DNA of 62,917 bases, counting the filler, from Choristocarpus tenellus KU-1152 (lineage: Eukaryota; Protista; Phaeophyceae), in the NCBI GenBank assembly GCA_964200185.2. It is 9 parts of 9 records of this genome, joined end to end, with 100 filler letters (N's around TTAATTAATTAA, not from the genome) between each part and the next. Parts side by side here need not be neighbours in the genome. Positions count along the whole stretch, not along the records: positions 15,943 to 22,892 come from CAXNAD020006991.1; positions 22,993 to 27,100 come from CAXNAD020016165.1; positions 27,201 to 33,948 come from CAXNAD020007434.1; positions 34,049 to 37,883 come from CAXNAD020017659.1; 5 more parts are not named here. One strand, given 5' to 3'. Position numbers and translations under genes: made by a program. Each line of letters begins with the position of its first letter. Within the stretch, counting starts at the first letter, position 1. Below are positions 21,098 through 34,208 of this stretch, piece after piece. The notes under the pieces were generated by a model. It searched no databases. It saw only the letters and a list, made by a program, of their open reading frames with translations, and was not told the DNA's origin.

Positions 21098-23006
21098 TTT
21101 GCTATCGATGAAAATTATATTTATAGTCAAAACGCCAGGTATGCTGCATTTGATTGTTTTTTTTGCAGGTTTGTGAGGAACATGTCACAGGCACTGCAGA
21201 TATTAAGAGTAGACAACATTCCAAAAGAACATGAAGGCACTTCCCACGGAGACAAGGATGGGATTTAGTCCTTTTGCTGCCATGCACAATTGCAGAGAGA
21301 GACCCCCCGACCACACTACAATTTATGTCAGTACATGAGGGTTGTGTGATGCGACCCATCGAAGGCCTTGGCTGCATTCTTCATTTACCCTTTTATCTAT
21401 TGTGCTGCCATGTCATTAGTATGCTATATCAGGTTATGGCAAGGGTCCTTTTTCACACCTAGGTGGCAAATATTGCTCTTTGCTAATGCATACACAACAC
21501 CCTTGTCCCTCCTCCACAACACCCCAACTGGTGAGAATAGAACTCTCACTATTATTAGGATCATCAGCGAGAAAACCGCTCAACCTCATACTTACAATGA
21601 TCATTGGTTTACATCAATTGGAGCGAGAGATTTACAACCACACTCTAGGTCACCTACAATTCCAGGCACACACTTGTTACAGGCGAATAGCGCAAGCATT
21701 TCTTCTTGTGTTCTAGAAAGCGCGAGCAGTACGAGATTAGTAGCACATAAGAAGCCTTACAGAATAAATGCTGCTTTCTTAGAAGATGCAGAGTAAGACT
21801 CATAATGCATATCTAACATTACAGAAGAAACGTCAAAATTCCTATAAGTCGCAGAATAAAGGCTCATGATTGCAGCAGGCTGCAGATGTCTTTTAGCTTA
21901 TAGTCTACAGAAATCAGGTGGATGATGAAACTAATAAAAGAGCCTTGGACACACCATCCGTTTACCCCTCGTTCAGTTCTTTAATCTTGAGTGAAACATT
22001 AAGTCCAGCTTTAAGCTAAGCACTGAGTGAAACATCGAGAGAAGAACGTCTGACACCCAAGAAACTGTTACTAAAGGCAACGCCCCCATAGCGTTGTTTT
22101 AAGGTCGTTGGATTTGAGTTGTACATCCTATGGAGGTGAGTTCTGGAGCGTGTTGTAACATGCAGGTCCCACCAAGACAAACATGGAAGTCCTACCAGTT
22201 CCTTTTTATACGATGATACATATGTGAGAGATCCAGCATACTTGACAACTTGTGCACCAGGAGTGCTATACGTGCATCAGTACCATCTATAAGCCTGTAC
22301 ATTAGAGCTATATATTCTGTGGAGGTAAGCTTCTGGAGCGTGCTGTAAAACACTCTATCTACCTAACTACATAGTCAAACTACCAGTAGTGCTTAGAAGT
22401 CACATAAGAGGCGAGTGATTGAAACATGAAAGTGGGGTTGGCACACTTCTTATTGCGCACTTCGAACTGTTGGATTATTTTTATGGAGTATAACAGGCTT
22501 AGTTCTCATATGGAGTAGATTGGTAGGTGTGCAAAGTTTGAGATGGTGGGCTATTGTGACTGTAGAGGATCACCAGTGCAAAATCGACCAAGTCGCATTT
22601 GAGGGGGTTCAAAAATCACAACAAGCTGTCAAAGCGGTGTTTATTTGAATGCCTGTGACAAAGCCCCCCTGTCATTTGAGTCGCTCGCTCATCCTATCAT
22701 CGCCCTTTGGTCCCAGTTCTTTGGTCCAGAAGTCTGTCTGGGGTCCAGACTCAAACATCGTGATGAAGAACTGCGTGGCAGTGCGATGCCTGGATATGAG
22801 AGGGCACGGGACTCAGATGCCTTGGGGGATGGAGGTGGCCATTGCCCAGGACTTAGGAATTTCCCAAATTACCGCGTTCCATTATCTGAAGGNNNNNNNN
22901 NNNNNNNNNNNNNNNNNNNNNNNNNNNNNNNNNNNNTTAATTAATTAANNNNNNNNNNNNNNNNNNNNNNNNNNNNNNNNNNNNNNNNNNNNAAAGGATA
23001 ATACAT

Positions 23007-23186
23007 GGCTCGAATTATCTGGGGGGGGGGGGGGGGTCTACAACAGGGTGTCCATTCGGGCCCTGACCAGGAGAAGTGCACTTACATTATTCATCCGACG
23101 CATGCAACCAGATCAATCAAAAATCGCGACTTGGAACAATCTGCCCCGAATGGACAGCTGCCACCCCCCCTCAGATAGTTTGACCC
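23007..23186 (+). mobile_element. MITE family A, full length (180 bp)
   Basis: Imperfect TIRs GGCTCGAATTATCTG / CAGATAGTTTGACCC, inverted subterminal GTCCATTCGGG, and a perfect 4-bp TSD ACAT. Confidence 0.88.
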
Positions 23187-24423
23187 ACATATGCTTATCA
23201 TTCATGATAAGAACACGATAAATTTATCTCCTTTGGCAGTGCCCCGACAATATAGAAAACATATCCCTTTCTGTCCTTAGCACCAACCATGATGTAGTCA
23301 GAAGTGTGAGTCCATTGGACACTTCAAAATATATCCAATGACACTCAGTATTGTATATCTCTGTTTTTCAGAAACGGTGCGATAAAAACTTGAGCAGACG
23401 GTTCAAAACAATAATCTATACCGAGTTTTGCTGAAACAGCCTTCCCTACTGAGTGGGAGGGCATGATATGTTTTTGTAAAATTGAACAAGACAATCCTCA
23501 GAATATTCAATCGCTTGTGGATGTGTAGAGGATCTTCATATGGCAGGATTGAATATATGAGAACCCAAGCCCAAGCAATATTTCCTTTTCAGTAAGCTCC
23601 AGGTCCAAATTCTCAAAACACCTTAGATTACCTTTGAGCAAACTCGTGTTTAGAAATCAATTCTATATGCATTCCTCCACCATTTCCTGATCTCAACACA
23701 TGAGAATCTAGTGCTTGCATGCCAGAAAGTCCACCGTGCAAAACCACTGCCGACTGAACATACAGAGTTTTTTCAACCTCACCTCTTCTCCTCCTACACC
23801 TCCCAGGCTCTCATCTGAATCCAAACGGGATTCACAACCAGTTTGTCCTGTTGATGCTGAACCTAGCTCTGCTCCTGACCACGAAGAAGTGACTACATCA
23901 GGTGTTAGTGCCTCCACTCCACGGCATTCAGTCGACCTGTGTTGATAGGCACAAGCATTGCATTATCCCACTCAGTTGCAGATCTGATATCTGAACCTGG
24001 CCAACTGTGACAGGAAGGTTCACCGAGTGTTCAATTTGGGGAAGGCTTCTTGCAGATAAGTACCCAGTATAGTGAAAGATAACAGGAAAAGTCCCACCCA
24101 GAAGATAGTACTACATCACATGGGAGTAAGAGCGGGACCAAACTTTGATCCACCTCAGGAACCTTACTCCAGGGGTTGTACAAGGTTAGTAGGCTTTGTA
24201 GGATCACAAGGACTGATCCTAAGATGCTATGGGGTAGACAATATACGGTTCAACAAAAGAATCCAATGGAAATTCACCATATTACAATGAGTCCTTGAGT
24301 TGCGTTCATCCTGCAACCTTCCCCATCTTCTCAATATTTTTATTCTCTTGCTATGGCTGTTAACAGCGCAAGGTACAAATGTGCATGAATTAATGCTTCA
24401 TGGGTATGACAAGTGTAACTGCT

Positions 24424-24683
24424 GAGCAAAAGTAACTTAGAGAGTAGAGCCGCATCCATTTGAGGGCCAAATTCCAACGTTGCGATTTCGATGTAATTAT
24501 GACTATCGTATTTGTTAGGAAGTATCAATGTCCTTGTTCTTGTCACACCTTTTCATAGCGCATACATTATACCTACGCCGAAAAAATTTGGAGTAGGGAA
24601 ATGTCATAAAAAAAGTATATGGGAAGGCAAGCCTCAAACGGAAAAACAGGGCAAAATTCATACCCTCTAAGATACTTTCAATC
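24424..24683 (+). mobile_element. MITE family B, full length (260 bp)
   Basis: TIRs GAGCAAAAGTAACTTAGAGAGTA / TACCCTCTAAGATACTTTCAATC and a perfect TSD TGCT. Confidence 0.88.
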
Positions 24684-24778
24684 TGCTACACTTTCACTAC
24701 TACAGCAACTTCCCGCTGCAATTGCTACTCTCTTCTTGTCCATCTCTTCTACCTACTTCTATTCATCCTTGACCCCAC

Positions 24779-26901
24779 CTACATGTTCTCTCTACCCTGC
24801 TCAGGCCTCAGCTCTTGTGCTCTCTCCCCTCGCTCCCTAGCGGTAGAGACATCTGTGCCTTCACTATTGTCTGACTGTCCCCTAGTTTGACCTTGAAGCT
24901 CATTCAAGTTCTGGGCTATGTCTTGCTCATGTTTGTCTGCTTTCTTTCGTTGCCCCTCAACTTCATTGCTGTACATTGCCCCTCCAACCAAGGGTCCCTC
25001 AACCCCCAAGATTTTGAACTCCTCATTTGTTCTCAACTGTTCAGTCATCTCTTCCCCTTCATCGCCGAAGATTGACAAGTCCGTATCCCCATCACTTGTG
25101 CCTCCCCCGCTCACTGACTCACTCTCAGATCCATCCTCCCCAACAAGCTGATCCAGATGTCCTGAACTGATATCCCTTGAGCTGATTGCCGCATCAGTCT
25201 CTCCACTGCACTGCCTACCACTACCCCTGCCTCCATCAATAATAGTGCGGGGGAACCCGTCTAGAACCCGTTCAGTTATCCTCTCCTCTTCATTGCAAAG
25301 CGTTTTCTTTACACTAGTTTGGGAATAGTCGATAGAAACAGAAACGTCATCGTGTTTAACCTGTTCTCTCTCAAATCCTATTGTCTGTGGAGCTTCAGCT
25401 GCTTTCATATGACTGGAAGCCAGTGGGAGATCTACCATGCATATCTCTTCTGACAGAGGAGATGACTGAACCTCTACCGTTCCACTGAAAGTCGTTGAGA
25501 GAGAGATGGAGGTGCTGCATTGACCATCCCTACTCCCTTTCAATGGAGCAGTCTCAGTGGGAAGGGAAGTAGATTTAGTTCTGGCATTGGCACTGTAGAA
25601 ATCCTCCACTGTTTGAGTTGCCATCTGCTCAGTTCTCCGATTTTTTCTTGCCTCCTGGTTGAAGGTGGAGCACCAACAGCAATACATCAAAGTGCTTTCC
25701 AGTGCACACAAGTCGTACATGATGCTTCATTGAAAGATCTTGCTCCTATGTATCATGAGTAGAGATTGTGTCATATCTAGACTTGACTGCACCAAGTATG
25801 TTATTGGACAGTCCAGGTTTCTTGCCCTTATTACAGAAGGATACCCACACCTTTTGCCTTGAACGCTGCTCTTTCCTCCTCAGCAGTCGTCCCATGGCTG
25901 CCCTTCGCCGGTTCTCTCGATCCCTTGCAAGCTGGAACAAAACGTCAAGCAGTGGTGATGCATGTAGGCATGGGCATTGAGGATTGCTAGGAGGGCAGCA
26001 GCATTTGATGGTCATACTGTAACGATGCTGCTGCTGGTCTTTGCGGACATTCTTTTTGTGTTGAGCATTGCTTTATTGTTATCATATTCCTTATATCCAA
26101 ACTGAGAAAATCAAAGTTCATTGCAGCCTCAACATTACCTCCACAAGTCCAGATGTCATCAATAAATGATGAACTAGAACCCTAAGTCAATGACCTCTAA
26201 CCTACAATATGTACCAAAATTGGCTCAAGCAGCACTCAGCAGAAGTTCAACCTTCCACTCCTCAGCGAAATCTTCCTCCTTCCCTGCATCTTAGTGAATA
26301 TGGTTCTTACCAAGTTCTTCTTCACCCCCCTCAATGCCCTTGCTTACCTGCTTGGATCGATATTCAGGAGTTTCCTTGTCCTCGCGTTGTTGTGGCACAG
26401 TCCTTCGGTGGCGTTTCTCACCTCTTCCAGACCCTACAATAAAAACAGGGCCCACCTTTTTTTCTCCTCTCAAATCGCTCCTGGTGCACAGAGCCTCTGC
26501 TCTGTTCATCCCCTTTGCACCACCCTCACCTCCATTCCTGTTCTTAAGCACAGACTGAATCTTCCTCCGTGTCCACCAAGCCTCCTTTTGAACATTCCCC
26601 CCCTTCAAGGGCAGCAGTTGCACCTTAGTCACGCACGGTCCCTCCATCAATTTCCCATCTCTCTCTCCCATTCCCTCCACATGCACAACAATATCTTGGA
26701 GTTGGTTACAATTTTCCGTGGGATCATTGAACAAGATCCCTAGCCTAGTTGTGTCATCAGGGGGGCTGTGAGCAGTGGTTGAAACTTGAGGTTTTGCAAG
26801 AGTGGGGACGAAGTCAGCGCAATCAATTGCCGCCTGAGGGCTTGGTTCCTCCGGGCCTTGTGAACTGTTTGCTGTTGTTCCTGTATGGGCTGGATCTCCA
26901 C
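24779..26901 (-). CDS. Internal exons of an unknown, low-complexity (S/G/E-rich) protein
   Basis: Exons 26348-26901, 25851-25931 (LARDRENRRRAAMGRLLRRKEQRSRQK) and 25654 down to ~24800 join in frame through canonical GT-AG introns. A further exon is possible at ~23781-23936. No recognisable domain. Confidence 0.6.
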
Positions 26902-26971
26902 CTGATAGACATTGAGGATGCTTATACTCAGGGATATGGAAGAAAGAAGCATGCTGATGGTTGGAGTTTGC

Positions 26972-27100
26972 GCGGCTGTCCATTTGGGGTAAATATTTTC
27001 ATGTCGCGTTTTTTGGGTGATTTGGTTGCATACGTCGATTGGTTACTGTAAATGCTCTTTTCCTGATTTTGCCCCAAATGGACACCCTGGTGTAGACCCC
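26972..27100 (-). mobile_element. MITE family A, partial at contig end
   Basis: GCGGCTGTCCATTTGGGG...CCAAATGGACACCCTGGTGTAGACCCC matches the other copies. Confidence 0.8.
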
Positions 27101-27254
27101 NNNNNNNNNNNNNNNNNNNNNNNNNNNNNNNNNNNNNNNNNNNNTTAATTAATTAANNNNNNNNNNNNNNNNNNNNNNNNNNNNNNNNNNNNNNNNNNNN
27201 CCCTTTGAGCTGCAATCACAAGCAAATCAACTCGTAGAAAGCGGACCGTATGCG

Positions 27255-27390
27255 CATTTTTCCGAAGGCGGATCTCCCATCTCTGAGGTCTTTCTTTTCC
27301 TAACCCCATCCGAACCGTGATCCTCTTCACTTCCTCAGTCTTTGTCCCCGTGTCCAACTTCAACCTTGTTTTCTAGGTTACGGTTCGTCT
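27255..27390 (+). repeat. Dispersed direct repeat, copy 1
   Basis: Shares AAGGCGGATCTCCCATCTCTGAGG and colinear similarity over ~130 nt with 29837-29970. Confidence 0.75.
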
Positions 27391-29836
27391 TGGTTCATCT
27401 GGTACATATTGTTCCGTAATTCTCTTCTCTTCCCCACCCTTGCCTGAATGAACCATACTGCCACAGAATCACAAGATGTACTTTGGTGGCACCGATGAAA
27501 TCAGATACAGTGTGACAAGTAAAACTTCGATGATTAACAATCATGCCTAATGTAAAAACTGGAAGAAGACTCCGTCATCAGGAAAATGCCTACCTGAAGT
27601 AATTGAGGAAACAAAGGATAACGAACAGAAAGTTGACGAGAATGAGTCAGTCCAGGACATGGAGCCAGTCACGAAATATGAATCAGAGGCAAGTCTTTCC
27701 ACAAACTCCTTACCATGGTTATCCAACAGATCGGAACCTTTGGATCATAGACAAGGATCCCCCCTATTCCCTCCAGCAGATTGTTGGGGTAGTGTAAGAG
27801 AAGTGTCGTCCACCTTTAGGCACCGTGTCAGCTCAGACAACAACTACACCTGACGTTTCCTTTTTCTGGGCAGCCTAGTTTCCTCGCCTCATTCAAGTAC
27901 CCGGGAGGTGGCCGTTTCGCATGCGCAGTTTGGCAATGCCATCCCCACATTCATTGCACACCATGTCAATGAGTGTGCTAGAACCACTGTTGTGCCACCA
28001 GGATGTCATTAGGATCAACATAAACTCCAGGCCCAAGAGCACACTGCTGATCATATTATTTGGTTCAGACTTTGTCCAACTGCAACAAGAGAACCAATTT
28101 CTTCAGACAGAGATAGATTGTTACCGGTTTGGAAAAGCAACTCTAACATTGTCCTCAGCTTGGTCGTCAACAACTACACCTGTGACAGCCCGTCCTGCTG
28201 GTTATTCAACGCCACTGCCCTGCAGTCCACCCCATCGTACAGGGTCCCCAGTTATGCCTCATCACTAGGTTGATATGCAGCATAACACAACGCCGCAAAT
28301 AAGTTTGTTCCAGTACCCTGATATCAGGCTACGACTCGTGACAATCACCCAACCCAGTCATGCCTGGACAACCCAGATGGTACTCGTAGCCCATCTTGTG
28401 TTGCAGGGGAAGATTTCATGGATGCCAGAGTCGAGATGAGAGACAAACAGTTGTTGGTCACTATTCTCCTCGTCCCTAGGGGTCCCCAGATGGATTTGAC
28501 TCCAGTCCATTTGGGAATGAGCATGGTTTAGTTGAAACCATCATAGGGAGTGGTAAGCGCTAGAGGTTTATGCCTGTTAATCCACTTGCTCCTCGGGCAT
28601 AGTTTATAGCCTGTTCGTCTGTTACCAAGCATTTTTCTTTGCCCTTGCTTCAACCAAGGTCGTACGAAAAAAAAACTTGATCAACAGGTCTTTGTGCAGA
28701 AAACCATATTTTCATCACAAAGGGTTGGTGCCTCTGGCACCATCGAAAAGCACAAAGAAAATGACTTTATTCCAGAGGTACATGTTTGCAATCACCCTCA
28801 ACTCAAACGTTTAGATGTGCAGCCTGTCCGACCTAGTTGTGTCATGCAGGCCTTCAGTCTGATTCTTGATTGACAAGAATATCGTCTCTTGTTCCACAAC
28901 AAATTGTGTACCATTACAGCAATACATCACATGACAAAATTCTCCTCACTTGCATGAGTGGGCACATGCGGTGGTGAAGAGACAGTATCTCTGGGCACAT
29001 CAGCACTTATGTGTGCTGGAGGTGGCCGCTCATTACATTGTGTCTCTCGTTTTCATGAAAGACACTTACAGTTCATCATGAAACGACTAACCTCGACATA
29101 GACAAAGGTTCAAGTTCCCCACTGGTAGGTTGTGAAAACATCAGGTGAGTCACATCTGTTCCTTGTTTATAAGTGGCATGATCTCCCTAATATGATGTAA
29201 TGGCAGTCACTTCATATCGTATTGAGAGTTGAGCCACCAATATAATACATTCTAGTGTCTACTTGGAATATAGTACTTGTCATGAACAATATTTCCAATC
29301 ATATCAGAATGTGAGGAAAGAGAAATGTGCACACATATCGTGTATGAGCTTGATGATGTAATGCTGACTACATCTCATCAACCCCGCTTATTATTTAGGG
29401 CGAATGATACACTGATCCCATACTATCACCTCGTAAAGCTTGATTGGTATGCCGACTACATACCATCAACCTTTGGCTAATGGTATCCTGCTCAGATATT
29501 CATTAATGCCAAATTTAGATATTGCACTTCATTTTGTATCGAAACAAAGATGTATTATGGTGCAATAGTATGTAAACAGTCACACCTGTACCCATTTTGA
29601 TCGGATAATCCGATCTCACTTTTTTCTTGACCCCAAATCATGTTTGGGCGGCTTCGAGGTCCATTGGAATGCGGGGTGATGTGGAAAGCAGTGTTGTCTG
29701 TGACCATACCATTATTGCCGTATGCCAAATACTGACATACTGATTGAGGTTTTTTTCTGAAAACTTCAGTTCATTTGTGGAGGATCTTCAGAAGGATGGG
29801 TTTCCATGACTTCCCGTGATGTCTCTTCATGAGCAC

Positions 29837-29970
29837 CATTTTCCAAAGGCGGATCTCCCATCTCTGAGGGGTTTATTTCCTGAATCCCATCTGAACCACG
29901 GTCCTCCCCACTTGCTCAGTCCTTGTCCTCATGTCCAACCTTAACCTCATCCTCTTGGGGTATGGTTTAC
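29837..29970 (+). repeat. Dispersed direct repeat, copy 2
   Basis: Diverged copy of 27255-27390. Confidence 0.75.
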
Positions 29971-32312
29971 CGCCTTCACCACCCTGTGTCCCAGGATCAA
30001 CTTCTGACAACATCCTCATCAGCCTCACTCAGAGTGCTTGCCTCACAAACTTTTCCCTCCACTACTATCCATCCCCTAAGACCCCCACTATATCCTCCCG
30101 CTTGCTCGTCTAGTTATAGCTACTCCCCCTGAGTCATGTTGTCGCTGCCCATGTTGCCAGTAGTAGTAGCCCATAAAGCCAACAATCTGCAAGACAGAAG
30201 ACTAACTTTTCGACAGAAAAGCTGAAATCGTTGACACATTGGCGGACTAAGTATCATAAATGAAGCTCTAATCACTTTTCCTCTCCTCCAGGATGTGTCA
30301 TCCAAAGCACAGCCTCTGGTGTCTCACCATTCCCACCTAAGAAGTAGAACTATTCATACTAATCATACCATAAATGTTGTCTGAATAGCAGCCCCACCAG
30401 GATGAAGTGTGGCCCTGGTGTGAGGTATGCATAGGGAATGCACCAGTGGGTGACTGCAACTCACGGTATGCTCAGAGTGTGCAGACAGGCACACAGGCAG
30501 GCAGGATACACTACTACTCTACCTGTACACCCACAGACCTAGTTCTAACTTCCTTTGAACTTTCATTTTCAAGTGTCTGGGGATTATTACTGCAGTGCAA
30601 AGGGGAACCTCCACAGTATTATTTTTTACTTTTTCACAACCATGTCCTGAAGTAGGCCCGCAACAGTAGAGAGAGTAGAGGGTCGCTGCAGTGCATGCAT
30701 GTGCAATCAAGAGTGAACAGTAACTCGCACACCCCCTCTCGCCATATTCACATCACTAGCCTTGTTGATTTGCTGGATAAGGTGGGGAAAGTTCGATCTA
30801 TCCTGCCTTGTAACAGCAGCAGCTGAGGGGGATCCAGAGACCACTGAATGCACTTGCAGTTGTCTGTGCACTACAACTTACCAGTAGTAATACAAAAAAA
30901 AACCGATAGGAGATTCAATAGGCTCACTGGTGTTCTATTTTTCACAATCTCCAACAACTGCGGCAAAGTGTAGCACAGACAAAGAGTAATGCTACAAATT
31001 ACACCATTTCTCCTCTGACCGCTTAGAGGCCATGTTAGGTTCATGTTCCTCAATTGCCTTCCTAACTGTACGCGTGCCTCTTGCACTATGAATGGCAATT
31101 TCACACTTGGTTGGAGAAGATTTTGTCTACTCTACTACAGTCACAAATTTATAAAAAAGGGTAGTCAGCTGAAGATCAGGCATACAAAATACGTGTTAGG
31201 CTGAAGGTCTAAAAAGTCCTAAATACTCAGTAGGGTCTGGATCAACACCTCTCCAAGACAGGATGCTCACCCTCTCTGACTGAGGAGAGTGCTTCAACTT
31301 GAGCTGCACTACAACGATTAACAGTAAATCTGTTCGATAAAAAACTAAATGCTAGTTCAGGTGTAAATGCATGTATGTGAAAACAAAAAAATGAAGTGTT
31401 GAAAAAAAGTAGAAGTGTAAAATAGATAACAGACAGACTAATGGTATCTGGTCCGTTTCAAAAGATACAACATAAAAAAACAACTGCACGTAAGCATGAA
31501 CAGTACAACATCTACGGAGGGGATACACCAATCTAACAGGACTAGGCCGTAAAGCATCAACAGGATCAGAGACGCTCCAACTCCACCTAGATAATTAGGT
31601 CCGTAACAGCTGGCCCACTGTAGGAAAAGCAGAGGATCTACAAAACACGTACCAACCAAGGTCAACATTACAACTAACACAAATTGCCAGCCACTTGAGC
31701 TGAGTTAACATACATAAGAATAGTCAGACGCATACCAAAATCTTACTAATGCTCAATTTCAATCCAAAGAACATGATTGCCACGCGCATTCAAGCTTAAC
31801 ATTCAATCCCATGAACTTCTCAATCAAGAAACAAATTCTTGTGGTTCCATGGCTGCGTGCACTACTGTTAGAGGCTAATGTGGGAATGTGGGAAACCCTT
31901 CTAGGAAATTGCTATAAATGTGAACCTGTTAAGTTCCTGCACCTGTTGTACTCGATCCACTTAAAAGTTACAACTTGTCGGTTTCACTTTTTCCATGGCA
32001 TTTCAACCTCCTCTTTCCTAAATCGGCAAGATTGGGCATAATGCTGAGCGCCTAAGTCATTCCATACCATAGGGTCTAACCTCTGTAACGAATAATGGAT
32101 CGTCCCTAACGTGCTGTCTCTACCCGGTACCTCCATCACTCAATCAAAAATACCACGAATAGCTTTATGACACTCCTGGAGTATAAGAAAAGTCCCACAA
32201 CCTTCAAATCAACAAGCACAGGGAGATCACCCCCCCCGCAAGGATCCCAAGAACTCCCGGCAAAGTACCTATTTTAGAAGGGAGGATGCTGCACAATAAT
32301 ATAACATTAGCT

Positions 32313-33924
32313 CTAGCTTAGCTTGGGCAAACCCGCGTTTGTATCAGCATTCACTGGTTTTCGGGAGGGATACAGCAAGAACACAGAGCACTGGCAACAG
32401 AAGCCATTATAGACATTTAAAGAGGCAAGAGAAAGGAGGAGTTTAGCAAAAGGAAGGGGAGGTGATTCAGCTAGGCACATGTACAGAACATAGAAGCTAG
32501 GGCATGAGAATGGAGGTGGTAGTAGTTACTACAATGTTGCTTTGCATTTGGGATGGGGTCAGGGCTAGGGTCGTGAAAGTGATGACATTGTTGTGGTTAC
32601 ACTTGAAAGTTCCAGGGTTGAGTCGTCTTTGCAGGTTCTCACAATAGAAACACGCCTCCCAACATAATAAGTGAAGTAATGCTTATCTTGTAATAAATAA
32701 GGTGACACTCTGGTGGAGCAGGGATGTTATATTGCAGTTGAGAACAAAGACAATGCTACTACCATCGGTACAGACACAGACAAGATGGGGGTACAGACAT
32801 CGATAGGATGGGGGTGCTGCTGTACCTGCTTTCTCAAATTCAGACTATTTCTTCCACTCTCAAGTCGACTCCCACACCCGTACCCTGACACTCTTGACCT
32901 TTCTCATCAAGCAGGGTCTGAAGTAGGTCAAATATAGTGTAAGCATCGGAGCCCCCACATCTACAAGCCCAGTACATTGTCAGGCAAATTTGCATTGGAG
33001 ATTATTACTATTGCACTCTTCTCAACATTGAACCAAAATGGCCAAGAACTAGAAAGAATCGGCACACCTGGAATACTTCAATCAATACTAAAGCACTACT
33101 GGATGATCTCTCCTACACAACTGACCGCATTTGCCTAAAGACAAGAAGAGATAAATAAAAAAGGAAAATATACAACTGTCGTAGACAAAGTCCGTAGCAA
33201 GTAGTGTCAAAGGACACACACCTATTGGTCCAATACTTGATTGGATAATGAAAGGATCACACTATCCCAGTCGGCCTCCTAAACCAACTCCTATAATTAC
33301 CCGAGTGATGGTGCTGTCCACATTCTTACTAGCATTGTTGAACCATTTTTTTTCAGTCTTCTTGAGGTACTTCGTCGCACTGAATCTTATCTTATCATAT
33401 CATATCATATCGGATCGTGCATCATATATCGGATCGTATCAAATCGCACCCTACCGTATCATCAGCGTGTCACACAGTCAGAAAACAACAGAAGTGGCTC
33501 AGGAAATCCCTTCATAAAATCACCAAAGAAAAAAAGAAACATTCAAGAAAGAACACACTCTGTAATACCGGTGCTGCTGCCCCTCCTATCCCCTGTTCAT
33601 ACTGCTCCCTCCCCGAAAGCAACTGAACCCATGATTTTTTATTATTATGACAAAAAAACAAAAAACACACACAACTCGCAAAGCAAATCGTCTTCATGTT
33701 TAGCTCCGGTTAGTCGCCACAGAAATAAACGGCACCCCTGCCCCCTTTGCCCAAGAAAGCACCTCACCTACCTGTATCGCACTCAACAGGATACCCAACA
33801 AGTTGGGGATGCACACAAATGGATCCCTCAGCACCATCCCGTACCCGAGCCAAATGCACCCACAAATCAATGACAAGAAGGTGAGTGGGCCAGAGAGACC
33901 CTCCGTTGTCTTTCGCCGCACCAC
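32313..33924 (-). CDS. SWEET/MtN3 sugar transporter, last two exons (5' part beyond contig end)
   Basis: Exon 33772-33924 (VVRRKTTEGLSGPLTFLSLICGCIWLGYGMVLRDPFVCIPNLLGILLSAIQ) splices GT-AG to 32313-32390 (CSVFLLYPSRKPVNADTNAGLPKLS*). The MtN3 motifs W..YG and D.F...PN..G.....Q.....Y are present. Confidence 0.85.
33384..33460. repeat. Degenerate pentamer repeat (ATCNN)n in the SWEET intron
   Basis: ATCTT ATCTT ATCAT ATCAT ATCAT ATCGG ATCGT... Confidence 0.7.
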
Positions 33925-34208
33925 CTGTGAAGCAAAAAACACGGAGGGNNNNNNNNNNNNNNNNNNNNNNNNNNNNNNNNNNNNNNNNNNNNTTAATTAA
34001 TTAANNNNNNNNNNNNNNNNNNNNNNNNNNNNNNNNNNNNNNNNNNNNGACCTCGACCAAGCGAATCGTATAAGGACAGACGGGCCCCCCGGGGGGAGCC
34101 GGTAACGGTTTTGGTATTCTTATAATAATATGTATGGTACACTACAGAATGTATTTATACAGTACATACATACATACTTCTATTAGTTATAAATATTTAT
34201 TCGAGTGT

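Noticed and set aside
26291-26983. 230-aa ORF as a standalone gene with its own ATG
   Set aside because: The ATG lies inside the subterminal motif of a family A MITE. The coding part is better explained as internal exon 26348-26901.
29599-29628. Hairpin GATCGGAT-A-ATCCGATC plus T-run as an intrinsic terminator
   Set aside because: Eukaryotic nuclear context, a 1-nt loop and no upstream gene.
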